A DNA stretch of 64,000 nucleotides from an uncultured Methylomirabilota bacterium (GTDB lineage: Bacteria; Methylomirabilota; Methylomirabilia; Methylomirabilales; 2-02-FULL-66-22), in contig CAWJSJ010000005.1 of assembly GCA_963845565.1 (NCBI GenBank), positions 544,001 to 608,000 on the forward strand, given 5' to 3'. Positions 42,393 through 52,991 of this stretch are shown in pieces. Both the position numbers and the translations under genes were made by a program. The notes beneath the pieces were generated by a model. That model worked only from the letters and a program-made list of their open reading frames with translations, did not search any database and was not told where the DNA came from. The number at the start of each line of letters is the position of its first letter. Position 1 is the stretch's first letter.

Positions 42393-43387
42393 TGCGACTG
42401 CGACTGCCCGAGATGCCGCGCTTCCTGCAGGGGGACGCGCTGTCCCTGCCGCACGACTGCTGCCCGGCCGTGGACGCGTGTGTGGCGAGCGGGGCGCTCC
42501 TCTTGGAGCAGGCCGGCATCGAGACCGCCCGCTTGGACGCGGAGTGCCTGGTGGCCGCCGTCCTCGGCTGTGCGCGCTGGCAACTGACCCTGGAACCGCA
42601 CCGGCGTCTCGCGCCCGACGAGTTCGGCCGCATCCTGCGGCTGCTCCAGCGCCGGGAACGGCGCGAGCCGCTGGCCTACGTCCTCGGGACGCGGGAGTTC
42701 TGGTCGCTGCCGTTGGCCGTCTCGGCGGGCGTGCTGGTTCCCCGGCCGGAGACCGAGACGCTGGTCGAAGCCGCGCTCGCCGCGTGGGGTGAGCTGAGAG
42801 CTGAGAGCCGAGAGCCGAGAGCCGCGAGCCGCGAGATGCGAGCGGAGAGCGGAGATGCGGGGCCCACCATCGTGGAGTTGTGCACGGGGTCGGGCGCCGT
42901 GGCCATCGCCCTCGCGAAGGAATTGCCGACCGCGCGCCTGCTGGCGACGGACGTCTCCTGGCGGGCGCTCCGCGTGGCGCGTGCCAACGCGGAACGGCAC
43001 GGCGTCGCCCCGCGGATCGCGTTCCTCCGCGGGGATCTGTGGCGGGCCGTCAACGGACAGGCGCCGGCCGGATCGGTGGACCTGGTGGTGGCGAACCCGC
43101 CCTACCTCAGGTCGCCGGAGCTCGCGACGCTGATGCCCGAGGTCCGCTGGGAGCCGCGTCTGGCGCTGGACGGAGGGGCCGACGGCTTGCGGGTGCTCCG
43201 CGAGATCGTGGCGTCCAGTCCCGACCGGCTCCGTCCCGGCGGCGCGCTTCTGCTGGAGATCGGGGCGGACCAGGCCGAGGCGGTGGGGGCCCTGATGGCC
43301 GCCTCGGGCCGGTTCGAAGCGGCCCGGCTGCGTCGGGATCTGGCGGGGCGGCCCCGCGTCGTCGTTGCTCGACGACGCGGAATGTAA
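42389..43387 (+). CDS. prmC: Release factor glutamine methyltransferase (with in-frame heptamer insert)
   Basis: [37 protein letters not shown]. Confidence 0.93.
   Translation: MMRLRLPEMPRFLQGDALSLPHDCCPAVDACVASGALLLEQAGIETARLDAECLVAAVLGCARWQLTLEPHRRLAPDEFGRILRLLQRRERREPLAYVLGTREFWSLPLAVSAGVLVPRPETETLVEAALAAWGELRAESREPRAASREMRAESGDAGPTIVELCTGSGAVAIALAKELPTARLLATDVSWRALRVARANAERHGVAPRIAFLRGDLWRAVNGQAPAGSVDLVVANPPYLRSPELATLMPEVRWEPRLALDGGADGLRVLREIVASSPDRLRPGGALLLEIGADQAEAVGALMAASGRFEAARLRRDLAGRPRVVVARRRGM
42790..42854 (+). repeat. Family-C (GAGAGCC-type) heptamer array inside prmC
   Basis: GAGCTGAGAGCTGAGAGCCGAGAGCCGAGAGCCGCGAGCCGCGAG...; encodes [21 protein letters not shown]. Confidence 0.85.
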
Positions 43388-43419
43388 AACGGACAACCGA
43401 CAATAGAAAACCGATCAAT
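43381..43419. repeat. Family-A half element containing the prmC stop codon
   Basis: AATGTAAAACGGACAACCGACAATAGAAAACCGATCAAT. Confidence 0.75.
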
Positions 43420-43433
43420 CCACGGAGTGGCAG

Positions 43434-44689
43434 GTGGACCAGCTAGTCATCCGGGGTGGGAAGGCGCTCTGCGGGGAGGTGCAGGTGAGCGGCGCCAAGA
43501 ACGCGGCCTTGCCGCTGATGGCGGCGGCGCTGCTGACGGCGGAGCCGCTCCGGCTGTCGAACGTTCCCCGGTTGATGGACGTCCGGACCATGACCCGGCT
43601 GCTACGCCACCTGGGGACGGAGGTGGCGGGGGACGGGACGGCCGATCTCACCTTGCAGGCACGCCAGATTTCGCGCCCCGAGGCGCCCTACGACCTCGTC
43701 AAGACGATGCGGGCCGCCGTGGTGGTCCTGGGCCCCCTGGTGGCGCGGTACGGCCGGGCGCGCGTCTCGCTTCCGGGCGGCTGCGCCATCGGACCCCGCC
43801 CCATCAATCTCCACCTGATGGGACTGGAGAAGCTGGGCGCCACCATTCGACTCGACCAGGGGTACGTCGAAGCGGAGGCGGCGCGCCTCACCGGCGCGCG
43901 CATCGCCTTCGACATCCAGACCGTCACGGGGACCGAGAACCTGATGATGGCGGCGACGCTGGCCGAGGGGACCACGGTTCTGGAGAACGCGGCCTGCGAG
44001 CCGGAGGTGACGGACCTGGCGGCGCTCCTCAATCGCATGGGCGGCAAGATCGAGGGCGCCGGCACGCAGACGATCACCATCCGCGGGGTCTCCGCGCTGC
44101 AGGGGGTGAGCCATCGGACGATTCCCGACCGGATCGAGGCCGGCACCTTCGCCATGGCCGGGGCCATCACGGGGGGGACGTCACGATCCGCGGATGCCGC
44201 CCGGACCATCTGGACGCGGTCCTCGCCAAGCTGGAGGAGACCGGCGCCCGGATCGAGGCCGGGGCGGACAGCCTGCGGGTGGTCGCGGGCGGGCGGCCGA
44301 AGGCGGTCCACGTGCGGACGCAGCCGTTCCCGGGGTTCGCCACGGACATGCAGGCGCAGATCATGGCCCTCATGACGGTGGCCGAGGGGCAGAGCGTCAT
44401 CACCGAGTCGGTCTTCGAGAACCGGTTCATGCACGTGAACGAGCTCCTCCGGATGGGGGCCGACATCACGATCGCGGGGAACACGGCCGCGGTCCAGGGG
44501 ATGCCCCACTTGCTGGGCGCCCCGGTGATGGCCACCGATCTCCGGGCCAGCGCCTCGCTGGTGATCGCCGCCCTGGCCGCCCGCGGCGAGACGGTGATCT
44601 CCCGGATCTACCACCTGGACCGGGGCTACGAGGCCATCGAGGCCAAGCTGACCGGCCTGGGCGCCGACATCCGGCGGGTGAAGAGCTGA
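43434..44689 (+). CDS. murA: UDP-N-acetylglucosamine 1-carboxyvinyltransferase, -1 frameshift in G7 run at 44171-44177
   Basis: [27 protein letters not shown] in one frame; [23 protein letters not shown] in the next. Confidence 0.95.
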
Positions 44690-44706
44690 CGGGTGCGAGG
44701 ACGCGC

Positions 44707-45377
44707 GTGACGCCCACCATCACCGATCGCATCGCCATCGCCCTTCCCAAGGGACGCCTGTTTCCGGCGGCGCTGGCGCTGTTCGCGCGGGCCGGGATCA
44801 CGGCGGTGGAGACGCTGGCGGATTCCCGCCGGCTGACGCTGGACGACGACGCCCACGGGCTTCGATTCCTGGCCCTCAAGCCCGTGGATATCCCGACCTA
44901 TGTCGAGCACGGGGCGGCGGACCTGGGCATCGTGGGCAAGGACCTCTTGCTGGAGCAGGGGCGGGACGTGTACGAGCCCCTGGATCTCGGATTCGGGGCG
45001 TGCCGTCTGGTCGTGGCGGAGCCGGCCCAGCTCCGGGTGACCGACGACCCCGCGGCGTGGTCGTCCCTGCGGGTGGCGACCAAGTACCCGCGGCTGACGG
45101 AGCGGCACTTCAGCCGGAAGGGGATCCAGGTGGAGACCGTCCACCTGTCCGGCTCCATCGAACTGGCCCCGGCCATGGGCCTGGCGGAACGGATCGTGGA
45201 CCTGGTGGACTCGGGCCGCACGCTGGCGGAGAACGGACTGGTCGAGGTGGAGGAGATCCTGCGGACCTCGGCGCGCCTGATCGTCAACCGGGCCAGCCTG
45301 AAGACGCGGTACCGGGCGATCCAGGCCCTGATCGACTCGCTGCGATCCCAGACGCCGGCCCGGCGCGGAGGGGCACG

Positions 45378-45387
<10 letters not shown>
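44707..45387 (+). CDS. hisG: ATP phosphoribosyltransferase, short form
   Basis: [45 protein letters not shown]; lacks C-terminal regulatory domain. Confidence 0.95.
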
Positions 45388-46669
<1,282 letters not shown>

Positions 46670-46673
<4 letters not shown>

Positions 46674-47788
46674 GCTTCGATCTGGCAGCCGTCATCCGGC
46701 CCGAGGTACGGGCGCAGATCCCCTACCACACCGGACCGGAGCCGGCGCCGGGACGGCGCGTGAAGCTGGACGCCAACGAGAGTCCCTTCGCCCTGGGCGA
46801 GGCGCTGCGGGGGGAGCTGGCGGCGGAGTTCGCGCGGGCCCTGGCGGACGTGGAGCTGCACCGCTACCCCGATCCCACCGCGCGGGATCTCCGGGCCCTG
46901 TTGGCCCGCGACCTCGGCGTGGCGGCGGAGCGGATCCTGGTCGCGAACGGCTCCGACGAGGCCATCCAGATGCTCCTGATGGCGGCGGCGGGGCCCGGCG
47001 CGGCGATCGCCATCCCCGTCCCGACCTTCGCGATGTACGCCATCGGCGCCCGCGCGATGGGGACGCGCGTGGTGGAGGTGCCGCTGGGCGACGCCTTTCG
47101 GCTGGACGCCGACCGCTTTCTGGAGGCCGTGCGGCAGGCGCAACCGCGGCTGGTCTTCCTGGCCTGGCCCAACAACCCCACCGGCAACCTCTTCGACGGC
47201 GCCGCGGTGGAGGCGATCCTCGCCGCCTGCGGTGGACGGGACGGCCAGGCCCTGGTGGTCGTGGACGAGGCCTACGTCCACTACTCCGGACGGAGCTTCC
47301 TCGGCCGCCTGGACGATTTTCCCAACCTGGTCGTCCTGCGCACGCTTTCCAAGATCGGTCTGGCCGGGATCCGGCTGGGGATGCTCATCGCCGCGCCCGA
47401 GGTGGTGCGCGAGGTGAACAAGGTCCGCATGCCGTACAACGTGAACGCCCTCAGCCAGGCGGCGGCCCGGGTGGTCCTGGCGCACGGGGACGTGGTGCGC
47501 AGACACGCCGCCGCCATCGTCGTGGAGCGGGACCGGGTGCAGGCGGCGCTGGCGGCGATGCCGGGGGTGACGGCCTTCCACAGCGATGCCAACTTCATCC
47601 TCCTGCGGACGCGCCGACCGGGGGACGCGGTCTGTGCCGATCTGCTGGACGCCGGTATCCTGGTCCGCAACTTCTCCCGGGCGCCGCACCTCGCCGAGTG
47701 CCTGCGCGTCACGGTCGGCGCCCGCGAGGAGAACGACGCCTTTCTCCACGCCCTGGCCGCCGCGCTCGGGCCCCGGAGGACCGCATGA
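46670..47788 (+). CDS. hisC: Histidinol-phosphate aminotransferase
   Basis: [32 protein letters not shown]. Confidence 0.96.
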
Positions 47789-48381
47789 GCCGAACCGCCG
47801 CCATCGCGCGCACGACCGCCGAGACGAACATCCGCATCCGTCTGGACCTCGACGGCCGCGGGGAGCACGCCATCGCGACCGGGATCCCGTTTCTGGATCA
47901 CATGCTGGCCCAGGTGGCCCGCCACGGCCACGTCGATCTCGCGGTGGAGGCCACCGGGGATCTCGCGGTCGACTTCCACCACACGGTGGAGGATCTGGGG
48001 ATCGCCCTCGGCGACGCCGTCTCGCAGGCCCTGGGGGACAAGGCGGGAATCGTGCGCTACGGGGCGGCCCGGGTGCCCATGGACGAGTCGCTGGCATCGG
48101 CCGTGGTGGACCTGAGCGGGCGTCCGTACCTGGTGCTGCAGGCGCCGCAGCTCGCCGGCGAGCGGATCGGCGACTTCGACGCGGGCCTGGTGCGGGAGTT
48201 TCTCCAGGCGCTCACCAACCACCTGCGGGCCAACGTCCACATCCAGATCGAGTACGGGCAGAACGCGCACCACATGGTGGAGGCGATCTTTAAGGCGCTG
48301 GGTCGCGCGCTGGATCAGGCGACCGGTCTGGACGGGCGCGTGGCGGGCGTGATCCCATCGACGAAGGGGAGCTTGGCCTGA
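47785..48381 (+). CDS. hisB: Imidazoleglycerol-phosphate dehydratase
   Basis: [38 protein letters not shown]. Confidence 0.97.
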   Translation: MSRTAAIARTTAETNIRIRLDLDGRGEHAIATGIPFLDHMLAQVARHGHVDLAVEATGDLAVDFHHTVEDLGIALGDAVSQALGDKAGIVRYGAARVPMDESLASAVVDLSGRPYLVLQAPQLAGERIGDFDAGLVREFLQALTNHLRANVHIQIEYGQNAHHMVEAIFKALGRALDQATGLDGRVAGVIPSTKGSLA

Positions 48382-48382
48382 C

Positions 48383-49018
48383 GTGATCGCCATCATCGAC
48401 TCGGGGATTGCCAACCTCCGCAGCGTGGAGAAGGCGCTCGGTTCGGTCGGGGCCGAGGCGGCCATCGTCGACGATCCGCGCCGGCTCCGGGAGGCGTCGG
48501 GGATCATCCTCCCCGGGGTGGGGGCTTTTGCCGACGGGATCGCGAAGCTGCGGACTGGCGGTTTCGTGGAGCCGCTCCGGCGCGAGATCGAGCGGGGCAA
48601 GCCGGTCCTGGGGATCTGCCTGGGCCTGCACTTCCTGTTCTCCGAGAGCGAGGAGTTCGGCCTCCACAGGGGTATGGATCTGCTTCCGGGTCGGGTGATC
48701 CGGTTCCGGGACGACATGGTGGACCCGCGGGGCGGCGGGAGCCGGCTGAAGGTCCCGCACATGGGGTGGAACCGGGTCCGGATCGAGCGGCCGGCCCCCA
48801 TCCTGGCCGGGCTGCCCGAGGAGCCGTTCTTCTATTTCGTGCATTCCTACTACGTGGAGCCGATGGACGCCGCGGTGACGGCGGGGACGACCGAGTACGG
48901 GATCCGGTTCACGGCGGTGATCTGGCGCGAGAATCTCTTCGCGACGCAGTTCCACCCGGAAAAGAGTCAGGCAGTCGGCCTTCAGCTCCTGAAGAACTTC
49001 GCGGCGCTGGCGACGTGA
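48383..49018 (+). CDS. hisH: Imidazole glycerol phosphate synthase glutaminase subunit
   Basis: PGVG, GICLG, PHMGWN, YFVHSY, QFHPEKS. Confidence 0.97.
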   Translation: MIAIIDSGIANLRSVEKALGSVGAEAAIVDDPRRLREASGIILPGVGAFADGIAKLRTGGFVEPLRREIERGKPVLGICLGLHFLFSESEEFGLHRGMDLLPGRVIRFRDDMVDPRGGGSRLKVPHMGWNRVRIERPAPILAGLPEEPFFYFVHSYYVEPMDAAVTAGTTEYGIRFTAVIWRENLFATQFHPEKSQAVGLQLLKNFAALAT

Positions 49019-49024
49019 CGGAGT

Positions 49025-49160
49025 CGGGCAACTAGGCAATCGGGCAATTGGGCGATTTGGGAACCGGGCAATGTGGCAACTGGGCGACTCCGCGATTTGG
49101 GATTTGGTGCGTATGTCCCGCAGGTTGGTATTTCCAGTCGCCTAGTCGCCCAATTGCCAC
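49025..49160. repeat. Family-D octamer palindromic element (TTGGGCRA-type) between hisH and hisA
   Basis: GGGCAACTAGGCAATCGGGCAATTGGGCGATT... and inverted AGTCGCCTAGTCGCCCAATTGCC. Confidence 0.75.
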
Positions 49161-49206
49161 ATCGCCGCCTCGCCGACCGGGCGGTGCGGGACACGGAGTA
49201 GGACGC

Positions 49207-49932
49207 GTGGAGATCATTCCGGCCATCGACCTTCGCGGGGGCAAAGTGGTCCGCCTGGTGCAAGGCGATCCCGCCCGGGAGACCCGCTACGGGGACGACC
49301 CTGCGGCCACGGCTGCCGACTGGGCGCGGCGCGGGGCGGCGCGCCTGCACGTGGTGGACCTGGACGGGGCCCTGGGCGGCTCTCCCGCCAACCAGACGGC
49401 CCTGGCGGCGATCCTCGGGGCGATCCGGATCCCGGTGCAGGTGGGCGGTGGCCTCCGGACCGTCCAGGCGATCCGGGCGGTCTTGGACCTGGGGGCGGCG
49501 GCGGCGGTCCTGGGGACGGCGGCGATCCGGGATCCTCGGTTCCTGGAGGCCGCCTGCGCGGAATTTCCGGGCCGGGTCACACTGGGGCTGGATGCGCGCG
49601 GCGGCATCCTGGCCGTCGCCGGGTGGGCCGAGGCGACGACCATTCGGGCCACGGACTTGGCGCGACGCGCCAGCGACCTCCCGCTGCAGGCGATCGTCTA
49701 CACCGATATCCAGCGCGATGGGATGCTGGAGGGCCCCAATCTGGCCGAGCTCCGCGCCGTGGCGGCGGCGACGCGGATCCCGGTGATCGCCTCCGGCGGC
49801 ATCTCGTCCGTGGGAGATCTCCACGCCCTGCAGGCGCTGGAGCCTGCCGGCGTGAGGGGAGTCATCATCGGGAAGGCGTTCTACGACGGCCGGCTGACCC
49901 TGGAAGCGGCGCTTCGCGCGGGGCGGACGTGA
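49207..49932 (+). CDS. hisA: ProFAR isomerase
   Basis: [47 protein letters not shown]. Confidence 0.96.
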   Translation: MEIIPAIDLRGGKVVRLVQGDPARETRYGDDPAATAADWARRGAARLHVVDLDGALGGSPANQTALAAILGAIRIPVQVGGGLRTVQAIRAVLDLGAAAAVLGTAAIRDPRFLEAACAEFPGRVTLGLDARGGILAVAGWAEATTIRATDLARRASDLPLQAIVYTDIQRDGMLEGPNLAELRAVAAATRIPVIASGGISSVGDLHALQALEPAGVRGVIIGKAFYDGRLTLEAALRAGRT

Positions 49933-50789
49933 TGCTGGCAAAGCGGATCATCCCGTGTCTGGATGTGAAGGAGGGGCGGGTCGTCAAGGGGACCCGCTTC
50001 GTCAATCTCCGCGACGCCGGCGACCCGGTGGAGGTGGCCGCGCTCTACGACCGGCAGGGCGCGGACGAGCTCGTGTTCCTCGACATCACTGCCTCCCACG
50101 AGCGGCGGGGGATCATGATCGACGTGGTGGCCCGGACCGCCGATCAGGCCTTCATGCCGCTGACCGTCGGGGGCGGCATCCGGGCGCTGGAGGACATCCG
50201 GGCCTTGCTCAAGGCAGGCGCGGACAAGGTCTCGCTCAACACGGCGGCCGTGCAGGGGCCGGAACTCATCCAGCGCTCCGCCGAACGGTTCGGCAGCCAG
50301 TGCATCGTGCTGGCGATCGACGCCAAGCGGAGAGCCGAGAGCCGAGAGCCGAGAGCCGAGACCGGAGAGTCCTCCGGCGAGACGAATGAGGCGAGCGGCG
50401 CGCGGGGCTCGTCTCTGCCCTCTGCTCTCCGCTCTCCGCTCTCGTGGGAGGTGTACGTTCACGGCGGCCGGACACCGACCGGGAAGGATGCCGTGGCGTG
50501 GGCGCTGGAGGGGGAGCGGCTGGGGGCCGGCGAGATCCTATTGACCAGCATGGATCGGGACGGCACCCGAGATGGATACGACCTGGAGCTCACGCGGGCC
50601 ATCGCCGAGGCGGTCCGCATCCCCGTCATCGCCTCGGGCGGGGCGGGGACGCTGGAGCACCTCTTCGACGGGTTGACGACGGGCAAGGCGGACGCGGCCC
50701 TGGCGGCATCCATGTTTCATTATCGGGAGGTCACCGTGTCGGAGGTGAAACGGTACCTGGCAGGCCGGGGTGTGTCGGTGCGGGTGTAG
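49932..50789 (+). CDS. hisF: Imidazole glycerol phosphate synthase cyclase subunit (with in-frame palindromic insert)
   Basis: [35 protein letters not shown]. Confidence 0.97.
   Translation: MLAKRIIPCLDVKEGRVVKGTRFVNLRDAGDPVEVAALYDRQGADELVFLDITASHERRGIMIDVVARTADQAFMPLTVGGGIRALEDIRALLKAGADKVSLNTAAVQGPELIQRSAERFGSQCIVLAIDAKRRAESREPRAETGESSGETNEASGARGSSLPSALRSPLSWEVYVHGGRTPTGKDAVAWALEGERLGAGEILLTSMDRDGTRDGYDLELTRAIAEAVRIPVIASGGAGTLEHLFDGLTTGKADAALAASMFHYREVTVSEVKRYLAGRGVSVRV
50330..50443. repeat. Family-C heptamer palindrome inside hisF
   Basis: (GAGAGCC)4 left arm; TCTCTGCCCTCTGCTCTCCGCTCTCCGCTCTC right arm. Confidence 0.85.
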
Positions 50790-50820
50790 CGCGAGCGCAT
50801 CCGGACCAGGAGGGACGACG

Positions 50821-51306
50821 ATGGAATTCCAGGCGGTGCGGATCGAGACCCCCGAAGGCGCCAACGTCATCCTGGGGCAGAGCCACTTCATCAAAACGGT
50901 GGAGGACCTGTACGAGATCCTGGTGACTGCGGTCCCCGGCGCAAAGTTCGGGATCGCGTTCTGCGAGGCGTCCGGCCCGTGCCTCATCCGCTCGGCGGGG
51001 ACCGACGAGGCGCTCCGCGGGGCGGCGATCCGGAACGCCCAGACGGTCGCCGCCGGTCACGTCTTCGTGGTGATGCTGCGGGACGCGTACCCCATCAACG
51101 TCCTGAACGCCGTGAAGCACTGCCAGGAAGTGTGCACCATCTTCTGTGCGTCGGCGAACCCGGTCGAGGTCGTGGTGGCCGTCACCGCTCAGGGCCGGGG
51201 CGTGATGGGCGTGGTGGACGGCCTGCCGCCAGCCGGGGTCGAGACGCCCGGGGACGTGGCGGACCGGAAGGCCTTTCTGCGGAGGATCGGCTACAAGCTT
51301 TCATGA
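50821..51306 (+). CDS. Adenosine-specific kinase-like / DUF355 family protein
   Basis: [55 protein letters not shown]. Confidence 0.8.
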   Translation: MEFQAVRIETPEGANVILGQSHFIKTVEDLYEILVTAVPGAKFGIAFCEASGPCLIRSAGTDEALRGAAIRNAQTVAAGHVFVVMLRDAYPINVLNAVKHCQEVCTIFCASANPVEVVVAVTAQGRGVMGVVDGLPPAGVETPGDVADRKAFLRRIGYKLS

Positions 51307-51335
51307 CCCATACGGGGCATGCAAGGGGGAGTGCG

Positions 51336-52022
51336 ATGATCACGGTCCCGGAGACCCTGCGATTCGACGCCAACGGTCTGATCCCCGCCATCGTACAGGA
51401 TGCGGATGACGGCCAGGTCCTGATGTTCGCCTATATGAACGCGGAGGCGGTGGCGCAGACGCTCGAGACCGGCCTGGCCCATTACTACAGCCGGTCGCGG
51501 GGCCGATTGTGGCGGAAAGGCGAGGAGTCGGGCCACGTGCAGCGGGTCCGGGAGATTCGCTATGACTGCGACGAGGACACGCTCCTGCTGAAAGTGGAGC
51601 AAGAGGTTGCGGCCTGCCACACCGGTCACCGCTCCTGTTTTTTCCGCCAGCTTCCCGGCGCCACCTCCGCCGAGACCGAAGCGCCGGCACGACGATTCGA
51701 CCCGACGACCGTGTACGCCGGCCTGGGAGTCCTGCTGGAGATCTATGCCACCATCCGGGATCGGCAGGCCCGCCGTCCCGAAGGGTCCTACGTGGCGTCG
51801 CTGTTCGCCACGGGCGCGGACCAGATCCTGAAGAAAATGGCAGAGGAATCCGCCGAGGTCCTCCTGGCGGCAAAAGGCGGAACCCGGGACCAGCTCGTCT
51901 ACGAGATGGCGGACCTCTGGTTCCACAGTCTGGTCGTGCTGGCGGACCACGATATTCGCCCCGAAGAGATCGCGCGGGAATTGGGGCGCCGCATCGGGAA
52001 GCAAAAGTCGGAGTACGCCTAG
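51336..52022 (+). CDS. hisIE: Bifunctional phosphoribosyl-AMP cyclohydrolase / phosphoribosyl-ATP diphosphatase
   Basis: [45 protein letters not shown]. Confidence 0.95.
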   Translation: MITVPETLRFDANGLIPAIVQDADDGQVLMFAYMNAEAVAQTLETGLAHYYSRSRGRLWRKGEESGHVQRVREIRYDCDEDTLLLKVEQEVAACHTGHRSCFFRQLPGATSAETEAPARRFDPTTVYAGLGVLLEIYATIRDRQARRPEGSYVASLFATGADQILKKMAEESAEVLLAAKGGTRDQLVYEMADLWFHSLVVLADHDIRPEEIARELGRRIGKQKSEYA

Positions 52023-52083
52023 CGCGGGGCATCGGCACCAGGCAGACACCTGTCCGGCCTCCGTGCGCAGGGCCGCAATTCTG

Positions 52084-52112
52084 TTGACAGATTTCCCCCT
52101 CAAGCGTAAAGT
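52084..52112 (+). promoter_or_regulatory. Sigma70-type promoter of rpsU
   Basis: TTGACA-N17-TAAAGT. Confidence 0.7.
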
Positions 52113-52197
52113 AAAACGCTATTTCACGAGGGATCAGGGAGCGGTTTCACCGAGCAGGAACCATTCGAGCAGTGCGGCGCAAAGGGGGTGTGAGGGC

Positions 52198-52398
52198 ATG
52201 CCGAGCGTGATGGTGAAGGAGGACGAATCCTTCGAGAGCGCGCTACGCCGCTTCAAGAAACAGTGCGAGAAAGCTGGAGTGCTGTCCGAGTTGCGCAAGC
52301 GGGAGCATTACGAAAAGCCCAGTGTCCGCCGAAAGAAGAAGATGCTGGCGGCGCGCAAGAAGGCGGCGAAGCGGATCCGGCTGGTCGGAGAGGCATGA
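52198..52398 (+). CDS. rpsU: 30S ribosomal protein S21
   Basis: [24 protein letters not shown]. Confidence 0.97.
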   Translation: MPSVMVKEDESFESALRRFKKQCEKAGVLSELRKREHYEKPSVRRKKKMLAARKKAAKRIRLVGEA

Positions 52399-52399
52399 G

Positions 52400-52849
52400 G
52401 TGGATCTGAAGACGCAGCTCGGCGAAGATCTGAAGACGGCCTTGCGGTCCGGGGACAAGCTGCGGACGTCGGTGATTCGGCTTCTCACGGCGTTGATCAA
52501 GAACCGCGAGGTGGAAAAGCGGGGCCCCCTGACGGATGCCGAGCTGATTCAGGCCGTCTCCGCCTCGTGCAAGCAGCGGCAGGAAGCGATCGACCAGTAT
52601 CGCCAGGGCAAACGGCAGGACCTGGTGGACAAGGAGACGGCGGAGCTGCAGATCCTGCAATCCTATCTGCCGGCGGCGCTGGGGCCGGAGGAGTTGCAGG
52701 TCTTGGTGCAAGAGGCGATCCGGGAGTCGCAGGCCGCCTCCCCACGGGAGATGGGCAAGGTCATGGCCCTGCTCATCCCCAAGGTGACCGGGCGGGCGGA
52801 CGGCAAGGTTGTCAGCGGGTTGGTTCGCGAGATGCTCACCAAGAGCTGA
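52400..52849 (+). CDS. yqeY: GatB/YqeY domain protein
   Basis: DLKTAL, KQRQEAI, E..IL..YLP, MGKVM, GRADG. Confidence 0.92.
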   Translation: MDLKTQLGEDLKTALRSGDKLRTSVIRLLTALIKNREVEKRGPLTDAELIQAVSASCKQRQEAIDQYRQGKRQDLVDKETAELQILQSYLPAALGPEELQVLVQEAIRESQAASPREMGKVMALLIPKVTGRADGKVVSGLVREMLTKS

Positions 52850-52914
52850 TGGATCGCGGGGTCGGGGATGTCCCCGCGCCGCGGTTCACCGGGACAGGTT
52901 ACGATGGCGATGAG

Positions 52915-52948
52915 GCAAGGGACTCGGAACCGAGTCCCTTGCTTTTTT
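52915..52948 (+). terminator. Intrinsic terminator after yqeY
   Basis: GCAAGGGACTCG-GAAC-CGAGTCCCTTGC-TTTTTT. Confidence 0.85.
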
Positions 52949-52991
52949 CTGGGCGCGCCGCGCCGCGGCCGCGCTCTGTGACACACGCACT

